Assembly: GCF_018977255.1 (NCBI RefSeq)
Contig: NW_024704743.1
Span: forward strand, 42,038,001 to 42,102,000
Direction of reading: 5' to 3'
DNA: 64,000 nucleotides
DNA from: Callorhinchus milii
Taxonomy: Eukaryota
The notes under the pieces were generated by a model. The model did no database searches. It was not told the origin of the DNA and saw nothing but the letters and a program-made list of their open reading frames with translations. A program made the position numbers and the translations under genes. Positions 36,201 to 48,841 of this stretch are shown in pieces; positions within the stretch are counted from its first letter, which is position 1; each line of letters starts with the position of its first letter.

Positions 36201-38852
36201 ACTTAAATTCCCTTTGAAGCTTTAAATTAGTCGCTAGACCATTGGAAATGCCTACAAAATATCAGTTCATGCATATAAAAGGAATACCTGTTGATACACA
36301 CGTGTCCCATGTGCATATACAGCTCCCTTTCGTTCAGATTCATAAAATATTTCTCAACACCTTGTTGAAACAATCTTGCAAATTTCAGAATCATGTAATT
36401 GCATCAGATCTTACCAGCTATTTCCAGCAACAGGATTGAAATCAGCAAAAAGCTGGATGTAATTTAAAAGCATAATTATTATTTTTTGCCTCGTGTTACA
36501 AAATAATTCATCAGTCATTAGAGATGGTATTTATTGTCTACTGTCACATGGAGGAAAACCTTTCTATCCCTAATTGTATTAGTGTGAATGGAAGCAGAAA
36601 AGATCTATTTCAGATGAAATTGAAATTAGCAACCTTGGGAAAAGAATGTATTGGGTAAAGTAGTTGATGTAACTCTCTAAATTGTTGGATTGGTCTAATG
36701 CTTTCAACTGCCTTTACAAGTGTGATGAGAGCAGGCTTCAGATCATTTGATGAATGATTCCTAAACACAGTAATTGAATGTTGAAAGTACCTGCATGAAC
36801 AGAATGCTCATTTCTGAAACTGCTGATTACTTTCTGTCAGTGGGCATATGAATTGATATTGTGCACTACTTTTATCATTCTTAATTGTTTCATTTTAAAG
36901 GACATTTTATATCAGAAAATAAATGAAGGAATGGAATTTCTCTTCCTCTCTTTAAACATTGCTTTGCTTTCTAAAGATATTCTGTGTGCAATACTCTAAT
37001 GTATGGGATCGAAATAAAATGCTTCAACTTGTAGAATAATGAGGAGAAAATCCACGGGGGTATAGATTTAACATTTTAGAACCGACAGAATTTGGCAAAT
37101 TCCTAAATACAGCCTTAATTTTGAAGTTTGTTATCTGTCAATTATTTTAAGAATTACCCCAAACCAACATAATTATAATAATCCATGCATTTGATATTGC
37201 ATTATCCAGACATCGCAAAGACTTCATATGATACACTGTAAAGTGATGTGTGTCTCCCCCACCAGCATTGCATTGGAGTCTCATCATAGACTATATGGGT
37301 TTCAATTCCTGACAACAACAACTGCAAAATTACATTTGTATAGTGCCTTTCACATTGAGAGGACGTTCCAAGGCCCTGGACAGACAGAGTTACGGACCCG
37401 AGCTGAGGCTTCAACACACAACTCTCTGACTCATAGGTGGACTCCCGCTGCCAACTGAGCCAGACTGACACATTCAAACATAACATTGAATATAACAGGT
37501 TACCAAATACTGGACACCTTAAAACACAACATAAATAGACCCAGGAGGAATTTTCCCTATAAACATTGCTTACGTTCCAATTAAGTTTGCAATTAACACC
37601 GTCTAACCGAGTATGGTTAGACAATCTCTGCTGCTTAGCATCTCTGTACCTGGCTGATGCTTGATGTTTTAATCAATAAAAGTTCAGCCCATATTTCTTA
37701 AAAATGAATAAATCGATATATCAATAGAAGATCATGTGCAATGATAACTCGATGATTAGTGGTTGCTTCTTTAATTACTTTATTGTGACCACCTGCCTAC
37801 CACCTTCCCTTTGTTTATTTACTGATCATCACTTCATAACACTATTTATGTGTTATGCTTGGTTCAGTCCAGATATTTGGTGAAATTCAGTATTGCCCGT
37901 TTCATCATCTTTTAAGTCAAATGATAGACTGTACATCACTTTGAATAATTTTGCATTATTTTGTCATTTAGATTTGTCATTTTGTCATTTAGATGAGAAA
38001 ATAGTGGAAGAGTTGCAAAAAAAATCATAAGAATGGGAGGATTTGTTTATTAACTTTATATGCCGAGACTCTAGAATGCGATTAATGGCCTGAAGCATTT
38101 TTGTTTCCTTTTCTGACTTTCTTGCTCTCATGTATAAATTCTAAAATAAAATTCATCATTAATGAAACAATGTGCAATTTGGAACTGAAGTTAATTTTTC
38201 AGCTCTTTGCAAAATCTTTAAAGAGATTGTCATGATATTGTATCTTTCTTCCGGCTTAAGCTTTATTGAATGCCCTCTGTAGGCCATTTTCTTCAACTTG
38301 TGACTATCAATTTCATTTGCACTCCGAGTTGCTCCTCTCAAGATTATTGCATCGTATGTTGCTTTCTCTTAGATATAATCGATACATTCAGACTGGCCTG
38401 GAAGAGACAATTCTCAATCGGGATTTTGTTCCTCAATCATGTATATAGGATATAAAAACATCAGCAATCTTAGCAGTTTTGTTTTTCGATCATAATTTAA
38501 TTAATGATCTACTAAGAAGACAATGCCATAGGAGAATATGGAGGTCTAAGTGAAGTTAATAAAATAACAGAAAACAAAATACCAAAGTTACCAGCTTCAA
38601 AATATAGTTTGAACAGCAAGTTCTAATGGGAACAAGTAAACCATTCTCTTTCTCTCTTTCCACAGAACTACTGTGTTGTCTATATGTTGTCTTTCCCTCA
38701 CAGTGTTTCTGTAGCCTAGTTTGCAAACTCTATGCTTCTTCTTTGAACGTTAGCATTCAAAAATGTTCATAGAACTTCAAATCTATGATCTTCATAGCAC
38801 AATTCAATTTGTGGAAAGAGAATGACCAAAACTAATAATGTAAACAAAATGT

Positions 38853-39067
38853 AAAATACTGCAGATGCTGGAAATCTGAAAACAAAAACAGAAGTCTGCT
38901 GGGAACACTCAGCAGAGCAGGCAACATCTATGGAGAAAGGAAAGTGAGTCAATGTTTTGGGACAGAACCCTTCGTAAAATATTCTGACGAAGGGTCATGT
39001 ACCCGAAACGTTGACTCACTTTCCTTTCTTCATAAATGATGCCTGACCTACTGATTGTTCCAAACAC
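38853..39067. mobile_element. Penelope-type fold-back (inverted repeat) element with a hammerhead-like core
   Basis: Arms of about 85 bp are inverted about 38980. The right arm starts CTGACGA-AGGGT-catgt-ACCC-GAAACGTTG. Confidence 0.75.
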
Positions 39068-39479
39068 TAATAACGTGTTGTGTTTACAACAACATTTCTG
39101 TAACCATACTAGTCTCCTTCACACCCAAGGTTAGTGAAACAAGCACCTGTCAAACATCTGCTAGCCTTTGTCCTTCCACTTTCATTTTATATAGAAATAT
39201 AATAGTGAAGTAACTATAAATGGCCAATTATTAGAAAGAAAAGAGACAATCTTGCATTTTTTCAGCATGTTGAAACATCTCAAAATGTTTATCACACGAT
39301 TACTATCAAGTGTAGAGTGATTGTTTCTGTAAGCAAAGTCGTGCAGACATTTGCACCTTGTACATCCCCACAAGCAGCGTAAGGTGGTAAATGAGCAGTA
39401 ATCATTGGTGATTATTTCAATAAAGTGCTAATTCCTTTTAAAAAATCTATATCAGAATAAAAAAATCTCTGATTAGATG

Positions 39480-39620
39480 ATCAGAGTGCAGCCCTCCAGG
39501 GAGAGCGTGCACATTCCATTCCAGGGATTTTTTTATGTGTAGCTGGTATACATATGTGGAACTTTCAATCTGGTCTGGATACTCTTAAAAATGGTGATGG
39601 TTTACGCTGACCAAAAAAAA
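39480..39620. mobile_element. Family X repeat, terminal fragment
   Basis: ctccagggagagcgtgcacattccatt...tgtggaac...tctggtctggatactcttaa...gctgaccaaaaaaaa. Confidence 0.65.
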
Positions 39621-40869
39621 GATTCAATCGACAGACAAGTGTATTACGTAATAACTGTACTCATTTCATGGATGCTATATCCCTGCCTTTGAAGTAAATG
39701 TTAATCCTAACTATGTGATTATATTTTTATGTTTGAATATTTTCTGGTAGATGTTAATTCCCACTCCTCCCTCCTCCTTCCTAATACAAAGGAGGGTCTC
39801 AAGTAGACGTGCTGCTTGTTCGACTGGTCAAACAAAGCATTCATTAAAATGTAACACACACATACATACATACACAGGGGAAAAAGAATCAAGTGTATGC
39901 TTTTCGGTTGAGTAATATTAGTTAAGTGTGGCTATAATAATCACAATTAATCCAGGATGTTCATCTGAGAGAACAAACATAATGCTACTTGTGTAGATCA
40001 TCACTTCTGGTTCAAGTGATCAATAATTGGCTCTAGAAGCAGATAATCATTATAAAGGAAATAGTGGCTGACCCAGTTTATACACTTGTGAAGTTACTTA
40101 CACTATAGCAGCAAAAGCCAGCGTCTTTACTTGTCTACTCATGAAGTTTTTTTTACAGAGGGTACCTTTTCTGTTTAAGAGTTAATAGATAATGTCCTGC
40201 ATTACAATGAGAAGCCTTAACAAGACCATACTGAATCACAAGTAGCATGCAGCATGATATGGAACGTGCATGTCATCTATAGAACTCGAGGAAGATCAAA
40301 CCTCTTCTCGTGGATGTGGAGCAATGCAAAAAAAAACTCTCCTTAATTCAGCACTTACTGATGTGAAAAGGCACTACATCAAATGCAAGACATTATTATT
40401 GGATTGTTTCACTCAGATAGGCCACTGGATAGACAGTGCAGGAAATGGCAATTGGGGCATTACTGTAGTAAGGACAAAAATAAGCATGGGATATTAAAAA
40501 AGGTATTTAACCTGTCAAGATTACCCCTTTCCCTAATAGTAGTTTCACCCACAAAATACACAGTCAAAGCACTTTACAGTATATCCTGTGAAGTGGCTTT
40601 GAGATGGCTTGACAATGTGATCAGGTGCTAAATCAAATGCAAATGATTATTATTATTATTTTTAGTATTATTGGACAACACCATGTCCACTCTATTTTCT
40701 AGGATAAAAGTTCTGAACAGATACTCCCTGATCTCCAAAGATACTCAAGATAACTCTGGATTCCACACACAACATAATTCATCCTAAAACTCAACAGCAC
40801 AAAAATCATTGTGTCACTTTCAATGTTTGGTCAATTCAATCTGCACTTGTCCCAATAACCCCCAATACG

Positions 40870-41285
40870 TGTGTCAGCAGTTGATAGCAGTCTTGCCTCT
40901 GAGTCAGAAGGTTGTGGATTCAAACGAAAGTGGGGAACCTGGAATCACATAGCCTAAGCTGACGCTCAAATCATTGCCGGTGGTGTGCTGTATTGTCAGT
41001 GATGCCTTCCTTCAAATAGGTCATTAAACTGAGTCTTGTTTGTCTATTCAAGTGGATGTTAAAAACTCCTTGGCACTATTCAAAAAGAGAAGGGAGTTTC
41101 TCCCAATGTCCTGGCTAACAATCCTTCAACTAAAATTGATCATTCACTTCATGGCCATTCGTGGGAATTGCTGTATGTAAATTGGATGCCAGTTGCACCC
41201 ACAAATCACAGTCACTGCACTTTATAGCTTCAGGTCATCCTCGTGATGATGAAAGGTGCTATATCTAACGTAAGGAATATTATTA
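40870..41285 (+). mobile_element. Deu-domain SINE, near full length
   Basis: Head cttgcctctgagtcagaaggttgtggattcaaa, Deu domain ttcaagtggatgttaaaaactccttggcactattc, tail. Confidence 0.88.
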
Positions 41286-41549
41286 TCATTAATAATTATT
41301 AATAGGTATTATCATTAATAATATTGTTCCTCAGCAAATACTTAACCACTGAAATAAATAACTTAAATTAATCAGCTATCTGACACAGCTTTGACTGCTG
41401 TTTATGGTAGTAAATTAACCCTTTTTCCCCACCAGCCCTTGCAGCACCGAATCATTCAATCTTGTGGAGTATTTGTTAATCTGGATCTGCAATTATACCT
41501 ACATGCTCCAATTCTGTTGTTAAAGGAATTCGGTTTTGCTTCACAAGAT

Positions 41550-41788
41550 CACAAGAGAGGTTCAGATAAAGAAGGCATTTGATTTAATCCTTCCAGGATG
41601 CTGACACTACCATATTCCCATTGCAACATTGGGCTATCTTGTAAACAATTGCACTGTCTTAGCCTCAACCACCCTTCCTGGTGTCCTGTTCCAGTTGTTA
41701 ATTGTCCTCTTGGAAATGAAATACTTCTTGGTGTTTGTCCTCAAATTGCTCTTTGTAACCCTAAACCTGTGCTGTCTTGTTCTGTTGT
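41550..41788 (-). mobile_element. Old CR1 3' end (uninterrupted relative of the 20855 and 35600 copies)
   Basis: gcctcaaccacccttcctggtgtcctgttccagttgttaatt...aaatacttcttg...ctttgtaaccctaaa. Confidence 0.65.
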
Positions 41789-42460
41789 AGGAACATAGGA
41801 ACATAGGAACAGGAGTAATAATACTACTAATAATAATCCTTGCATTTGATATAGCGCCTTATCATGTCATCGAGATGTCTCAAAGTGCTTCACAGAATAT
41901 ACTGCAATTAACTGTGAATTGTGTGGAGGAAATGCAGCAATCAGTTGCGCACAGCAGTGTCCCACAAACAGTCGTGGATTAAGTGACCAATTTTTTTTAA
42001 GGCATTATTAAACCCAGAAAGCGATCTGCCATTTGACTAATTGATCTCTATATAATATTCCTACCAACCCTCATGAATGTTCCAGTTAGATTCAACATTC
42101 TGAAAACAATTACTAAAACCCATCCACTGTGTTTAGGGAATGAACTGTGGGATGGAGTTCCAGAGTGCAGACAGAACTTGCAGACAGGCATGTTGATTTT
42201 CCTGGTGATTTAAACATTTTAAATGAAAATGTTTGTGGTTTAACCTTTTTGGAACAAGATTATACATTCCCATACAGTGACGCGTTGTGGCCTGTAGGTG
42301 GCGATGTCAATGAGTAGCCCATACGTAGCCATTTAGCCCCTCGTGTTGTCGGCCATTATTTAAAATTATGGCTGATCTGTACCTCAACTTCAATTATGGT
42401 GCCTTGTCCCATATCCCTTGATACCCTTATCTAACAATTATCTATTCTTTCAATGCATCT
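41789..42460 (-). mobile_element. CR1 3' tail split by about 500 bp that includes a SINE 3' half (41820-42040)
   Basis: taggaacataggaacataggaacaggagta resumes as gtagccatttagcccctcg...atggctgatctgtacctcaact at about 42326. Confidence 0.7.
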
Positions 42461-42504
42461 GAAAGCATTCTTCTGGGTTTTTTTTATTCCTATTTTTAAT
42501 TGTA

Positions 42505-42663
42505 TGTACCTCTATAAGGTCCCTTTTCAAGTCCCGCCTGAAAACCTTCTTCTTCAACCGTACTTACTGCCACCTCCCCCCTGCCCGGCTCGGAGTCAGA
42601 TTCCACCACTGTTAAGATCTCTGAGATGCTACCCTGCATGGAGGGTGCTATATAAGTGCAAGT
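42505..42663 (+). mobile_element. L2 3' fragment
   Basis: ttcaagtcccgcctgaaaaccttcttcttc (FKSRLKTFFF); ends gggtgctatataagtgcaagt. Confidence 0.8.
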
Positions 42664-42672
42664 TGAGACAAC

Positions 42673-43214
42673 AATAATAATAATAATAATCTTTGCATTT
42701 GATATAGCGCTTTTCACGTCGGGAGGACTTCCCAAGGTGCGGGACAGTCAGGGGCCCGGGCCCGAGCATGGGAGAGGGCTGGTGTAGGGGTGAGGGAAGG
42801 CAGAGAGGTGGGAGGGGAACCAAATGCACGGTCGAAGAGGAGTGCTTCAGACCGGCCTTGAAGAAGGTAAGTGAGGAAGTGAGGTGAAGGGACCATGGGA
42901 TGGAGTTCCAGAGTGTGGGGCAGAGAGGCTGAAAGCCCGGCCACCGCTGGTAGGGCGGGTCGGGCAAGAGACATGGAGCAGGCCAGAGCCTGATGAGCGG
43001 AGGGAGCGGGCAGGTTGCTAGGGAGTCAGCAGGTCAGAGAGGTAGGAGGGGGCAAGGTCACGGTTGGCCTTGAAAGTGAGGATGAGGATCTTGAATTCGA
43101 TCCTCTGGGGGATGGGGAGCCAGTGGAGTCGGGCGAGAGTGAGAGTGATGGGGTCATGGAGCCTGGTGTGTGAGAGTACACGAGCTGCAGAGTTTAGGAT
43201 GATCTGCAGCTTGT
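42673..43214 (-). mobile_element. L2-clade LINE 3' fragment with (TTA)n tail
   Basis: LWNSIPWSLHLTSSLTFFKAGLK and a PIPQRIEFKILIL region; tail tatcaaatgcaaagattattatt. Confidence 0.9.
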
Positions 43215-43224
43215 ACTTATTGCT

Positions 43225-43530
43225 GTTGTCTCAGAGGATGTCTCTTTTCAAGACTGAAATGTCTTATCTAATCATTGGTCATAGCTCATTATTCTAATAC
43301 TCAGGATTATGCTCGTTGTTCTCCTCTGCTCTGCCTTTAGGGCCTGGGTAGTTCCCTTCTCTCAGCTGTATTTAGCAATTCAGTTGCAGTCCTTACACCA
43401 AAGGGTTGTACAGCTTGTGTATGACTTTTGGGTATTTGAATTTAACTGACTTGGCAATGTAGCCCACCTTGCTGTCTGCCTTGTGAATTGCTGTCTCAAA
43501 CTGTTTTGACATGGTGAGTGATGAGTCCTC
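43225..43530 (-). mobile_element. Ancient CR1 ORF2 remnant
   Basis: Minus strand reads SSLTMSKQFETAIHKADSKVGYIAKSVKFKYPKVIHKLYNPLV ... FSLEKR. Confidence 0.65.
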
Positions 43531-43699
43531 GGGCTTCGTTTCGGCAAGAATTCTCTTCCAGGCTTGCTTGCCAGTCTTTTTTCAGACATTACCAGCTCAT
43601 GGGATTTGTAATTCATCATTTGCAAATCTCGCTCCAACTCTCACAGTTGATCTTCCCAGAAGCAGCAATTAACACAATAAATCTGAAAATGGCTCATCT

Positions 43700-44050
43700 A
43701 ATTGTTTTGAGCAGCCAGGTGTCTGACACAAGCGAAAACCCATCATCATGCTTAACAGTATTCTCCAAACCAAACTACAGAGAGTTTTGTGTATGCTTGT
43801 TTTTTTCCTCTCTGATTGTTATCAACTTTCCAGGATTAGGTGAGAACCAAGAACCAACTTTCTTCCCAGAGAAACACACCCTGAGTTCAGATCCAGCACA
43901 GAGGATTGACCTGATTCTGACATCCAGTTGCCACGCATGACACCTTGGAACCAGCTCAGCTCCATGGAGAACCCCCCACCCATCCCCACCCGGGAGAGCC
44001 AAGATTTGGGATTACACAGTGTGTGTTGTGGTATTACTGGAGTTTAACTG
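43700..44050. mobile_element. Family X repeat, diverged copy
   Basis: ttttgagcagccaggtgtctgacac...atgcttaacagtattctccaaacc, and gagccaagatttggg...tactggagtttaac. Confidence 0.6.
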
Positions 44051-44074
44051 ATGTAACTCAACGCCTTACTACAA

Positions 44075-44394
44075 TGTTGAGACATCTCAAATGGCTTCAC
44101 GGAATATACTGCAAAGTGAATTGACAGTATACTTTGTGGGTGAAATTCTGCAGCCAATTATGCAGAGCAGTGTCCCACAAACAGTTGTTGAATGAGTGAT
44201 CAAACTATTATTTATTATTTTGGAATTATTTATTATTACCCCCGGGAAGCAATCCACTAATCGACTAACAACCAGATTCCTACTTATGCAAGACAGACAG
44301 AAGCATATGGAGTAAGGAAACCCGCCAGAGAATCGAACTCAAGTTCTCCCGCTTGCGAGGCAAGGGTGTACTAACCACTATGCTACAAGACTCC
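44075..44394 (-). mobile_element. tRNA-headed CORE-type SINE
   Basis: ggagtaaggaaac...aatcgaactc...ctaaccactatgctacaagactcc is the reverse complement of head and core. Confidence 0.85.
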
Positions 44395-45309
44395 TCAATT
44401 GGCCTCTGCTATTTTGTAACCAAATGCAGAGGCCAATTTGCAGAGCAATGTCCCAAAAGCCATGAAGTGAGTGGAATTGGGAGAACGTTGACCAGAAAAA
44501 GAAAACACATCAAGAGTTGGTGGTTTGTTAACAGGTGAACCTCTTTTGCCCAATAATTTGAAGAAAAAAGTTCCAGCAGCAGTTTAGTACAGATCTAAAT
44601 GACTGAGCATAATATTAGGATATGCAATTAACACATTCAAGTCCATCATTGCTAAATGCAGGCACAGCATTTATTTGTGCGAATCTCCTGGAGGTGTATT
44701 TTATTTTCTGTACTATTTCATTATCGAGTCCATTCGTAGTTGCAGCTAATTTTTATAACAGTATGGATGAAATACCAGCAATGTAAAAGAGTCAGCTAGA
44801 CTGCCAATCTGCATTTTTAAGAGTTTGTATGTGATAGCATACAATTTGTCAACCACTATTAAATAATTTTAAGTAGGTCAGAGAAACCACGATAGATCTC
44901 ACTTTGTAAGTTGTGAACTATTTTATGTTTATGAGACATTATTTGAGAATTGAATTCCCCTAAATATGCTTTTTTTTTACAATCGATCATGAATTATGTT
45001 CAACAATTTAAAAGGTGGTGAAGACGTACGGTAAAATGTTGGCTTCCGGGTTGTCAGATTGTCACTGACATCTTTTGTTGGTATTGGACTTGTAAGCATT
45101 GCGAATGAAGCCACTGTCATCATTTCATGGAAATGATATCAGTGGCACATAGCCAGAACAGGAAGGAAAGTGATGTTAGCAGCAACCTGATAGCGTGGTA
45201 GTCGGAGATTTTTTAGAGTTTTGTTTAAAATGCTGGCCTGCAATATTGAACCTTGATGATCGTACTATAACAGAATGGCTTTGTATTGTTATGTGTTTAC
45301 TTACTCTTA

Positions 45310-45685
45310 CTCGGTCCCATTTAGTATCTTATATTCCTTCATGAATTCTCCTCTGAGACTTGTCTTTTCAAAGCTGAAGAGCTCTAGCTTATCTAATCAA
45401 TCCTGATAGCTGATTGTATTGACACTGGGCAGCACATTTATTGCTTTCTCCTGGACTATCTCTCCCCCTTTGTCCTACTGTGACCAGATTTTTACACCGT
45501 ACTTCCAGTGCCACCTTAACAACAAACAATGGAATCACTGGAACATGATTTCTGAGGATCTCTGGATTTATCTGATTCAGCAATGTAGCCCAGTATCCTG
45601 CTTTCCTTGTTTAATGCTGTCTTTGACTTACACTATTTTGATATGATTGATAAGTCAACTAAGACCCCCAGGTTATTTTAATTTC
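45310..45685 (-). mobile_element. Ancient CR1 ORF2 remnant
   Basis: ctcctctgagacttgtcttttcaaagctgaagagctctagcttatctaatc (RLDKLELFSFEK on the minus strand); gcaatgtagcccagtatc. Confidence 0.6.
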
Positions 45686-45879
45686 CTATATGATGAGTTT
45701 CATTACAGTTCTCTTATTGTTGCTTTCTGTATGGAGTACTCAGGTCATGATCTCTTTGTAAGATCTTGGTTGTGAACCGTGAGGCCAACTTTGTGCCATT
45801 TGCGCTTGAGAGTTTGGGTCTGGGATTTGAGAGAGCAGAGTTGGCTGTTATACCAGGTTTTGGAGATGGTCTTGGATTT

Positions 45880-46196
45880 CTAATAATAATAATCTTTGCA
45901 TTTGATATAGCGCTTTTCACGTCTTCTAGGCACCTCAAAGCTCTTCACAGAATATACTGTAAAGTGAATTTACTGTATATTTGTGGGCGAAACGCAGCAG
46001 GCAGCTGCGCACAGCAATGTCCCACAAACAGTTGTGGATTGAAGTGGCCAATTTATTACTGTTTTATGTCTTGAGGAATTAATATTAGGCGTGTGAAGTA
46101 AGGAAACTTTCCCAAGGTTTCGTCCTGCCGAGAATCAAACCCAGGTCTCTCGCTTGCTAGATGAGTGCTCTAAACCACTGAGCTACAGGACTCCAC
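45880..46196 (-). mobile_element. tRNA-headed CORE-type SINE with an internal deletion
   Basis: Tail, agtaaggaaactttcccaa and aatcaaacccaggtctctcgcttg...ccactgagctacaggactcca. Confidence 0.88.
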
Positions 46197-47454
46197 ATTT
46201 CAGGGAGACAAGGGAATTGAGGTTTTACAGCAAGTCACTAATGTTTACAGTTAAGGCGTAAGCCTGAGGTGAGCGATGCAATTACAAAATGAACCTCCCT
46301 GAAGTCTGGATACTGAGAATACCTTAAGGGGTGCTTATGGCAACATAATGAAAACACCAACCACTGCAATGTGAAAAAATATATTCCATCTCCAGTGCTA
46401 AATTGTCTTTTTAAAGCCTTGGTGGTCTAATGTAGCCATGAGAATTTTTAAGTGACCATTTTTCAATGTTTTAACAGAGCTGGTCATGCAATTAGTTATG
46501 TATTTACAGATCTCTTCTCAGCCTCGGCCAATGTGATTAGGAGGGGATGGAATAAATCAAACTTTCAGCTCCAAAATGCTCCATTGCTGGAAGCAAAATT
46601 GCTTTGCTTCGAGGAGTATAAGTATGGTTTTAGAATGATTGTGCAGCGTAACACTTTGGTGTTTCATTTCTTCAGTGTTATATGAATTATTCTGATCTGT
46701 GTAGCTCCATGGAACAAATTTGTCGCTGTAGGCTAAGCTTGATATTGCCCAGTTCAGTAAAAAGAAAGGTGTTGCATTTTCAGTGTAGCTTTACATTTAG
46801 AAATGTTTCAAAATACTTCAGATGTAACAATTTTAAAGTGCTGTGACTATTTTCATTGGAAAATGTGACAGCTATTTGCACCAACAAGATTCCACAAGCA
46901 GACATGAGGTGAGAGATCAATTCAACTGAAGGTTGCTGGCCAGTATCCTGGGAAAAGCTCTTATCTTTGCAAGTAGTACCAAGGATCTTTAATGTCCTCT
47001 TGAATTTGGCAGACCTTGGGTTTATGAATCTAAACTAGAGCCAACCTTTTTGCTCAGCCAACCGAATACATTTTTCTTTATTGAATTTCACTTCATTTAT
47101 GCCCGTGCCATGGGTATCATGGCCTGATAGCTGCTGGAAACAAGGTATTGATTGGGGAGGACTTGCCTGGACTGCGGGTGTTCAACGGGCCACTTCTTGA
47201 TACTCCAAAAGTGGCCACTGAACCACTGCACCAGTGTAATCTACCCTGGACTGTCAAGTGCTGTGGTGCATCCTCCCATTGTGAAAGGCACTGTATAAAT
47301 GTAAGTTTGTATACTGCATTGTATTTGCTCAAAAATTATTTGCTCAGAAATTTAATGAGGGACTGAGCAAGACCCACAGAGCAGGAGGTTTGGGTTGATA
47401 AGAATTGCCACAACAGAACAATGAAACTGGAAAATAAGCAAACTTTGGAGCAGA

Positions 47455-47670
47455 AAGTCCTCTTGGGTTTAGATTCATTCTATTAAACGCAACATTTCAG
47501 TGTGTGCAGAATTTTGCAAATTGTATCTGTACGCCCTGATACCTGTAAAGCTCGCATTTCTGAACTTACAGAAATATATTTTCAAAATTAAAGACTGTAT
47601 TTAAGAATTTGACAGATTTTGGATGCTCTGAAATGCTACATTAATCTAAACTCGGGTGGAATTTTACCTC
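47455..47670. mobile_element. Ancient fold-back (MITE-like) element
   Basis: Left arm catttcagtgtgtgcagaattttgcaaatt versus reverse complement of the right arm catttcagagcatccaaaatctgtcaaatt. Relatives at 21395-21900, 37045-37160 and 51770-52045. Confidence 0.6.
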
Positions 47671-48366
47671 CTATGATGGAGAAAGATAGGTTGGAGATCC
47701 AGAGGTAAAATAATAACCTATTAGAAAAGAAGCTTTGTTCTATTTCCTGTCGAGATTTGTCAGAGAGGTGCTAGATAAATGTCCCCCAATATAGGCAGCG
47801 ATATTCGAGTTACTGGATGCATTAAAGTCAGATCCAAGCTTTTTAACAGCTCTACGTCTCTAAAGACGTCTAACAATGTAATTAAATTGAAGATCAAATC
47901 AGGTGTCTCATCATTTGAAAAATAAATATCCCTTAATACCAAGTTATTTTTGTTCATTCTGACACATATTATAACCAGACTGCCCTCAAAATGTGTCAAC
48001 CTCTTTAACACTATGATATTAATTTTGGTATTTTGATTAATACCATACTGTCCGTATCTCGCCCAGCCTTGCCCCTTCTGAACTGGGCAGATTCAGTTTC
48101 TTCAAGATAGTCCTCCTGGGAGAACTGTCACATTTCTTCTATTTTCCTGCTTGGCAAAGTATTTTTCTACACTTAATTAGGCTCTTAATCCCACAAATGT
48201 TTAATGCTTGTATTTTTTTCAAGACTGCTTAACAGACTATATTTAAGTTCAACAAAGTTCAATATAAAAGTTGCTTACTTTATTATTCTAATGTCAGAGA
48301 TAATGCTAGTGGGCCACCTGATGATTTTGTAGCCCTTCCCTTAGAAAATATTAAGAATCATTTCAT

Positions 48367-48550
48367 TAACAACAACAACAACAACAAGATTCCATTTATT
48401 GAGCGCCTTTCACGTCGGGAGGACGTCCCAAGGCGCTGTACAGTTGGGTCAGGACCCGAGCAGGGGGGAAATGGTCAGGGTGAGGGGAGGGAAGGGAGGG
48501 AGCGAGGAAGGGGTAGAGAGTCGAGAGGGGAGCTGAAGGCACGGTCAAAG
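48367..48550 (-). mobile_element. Young L2 3' end with (TTG)n tail
   Basis: Near-identical reverse complement of 14440-14620. Confidence 0.9.
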
Positions 48551-48841
48551 AGAAAATTAACTCTTCTACTGGGGACACCAATGCTGTGTTTCTATTGTAC
48601 GGGTGTTTTGGACACTTCAAAGCAAATAGTTTTAGATAACCCTGCCACGCAATATAATCTGATTGATAATCTGACAGAATTGATGTTAGCTAACACTGAA
48701 ATTGTTTCAAAGTTGATCAGTAGCTGTTTCTTGAGTTAAGAAAGTTTCTTCACTAAGTACAGGAGGAAGGTCAGTTTAGTAAAAACTGAATAATTGGTCC
48801 ATTTGAATGGGCTGATTGCCCAGACTGCCCACGGCCAGGAG

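Noticed and set aside
45100..45150. SECIS element (ATGAA before a hairpin)
   Set aside because: Lacks the 3' GA of the core quartet and an apical AA loop.
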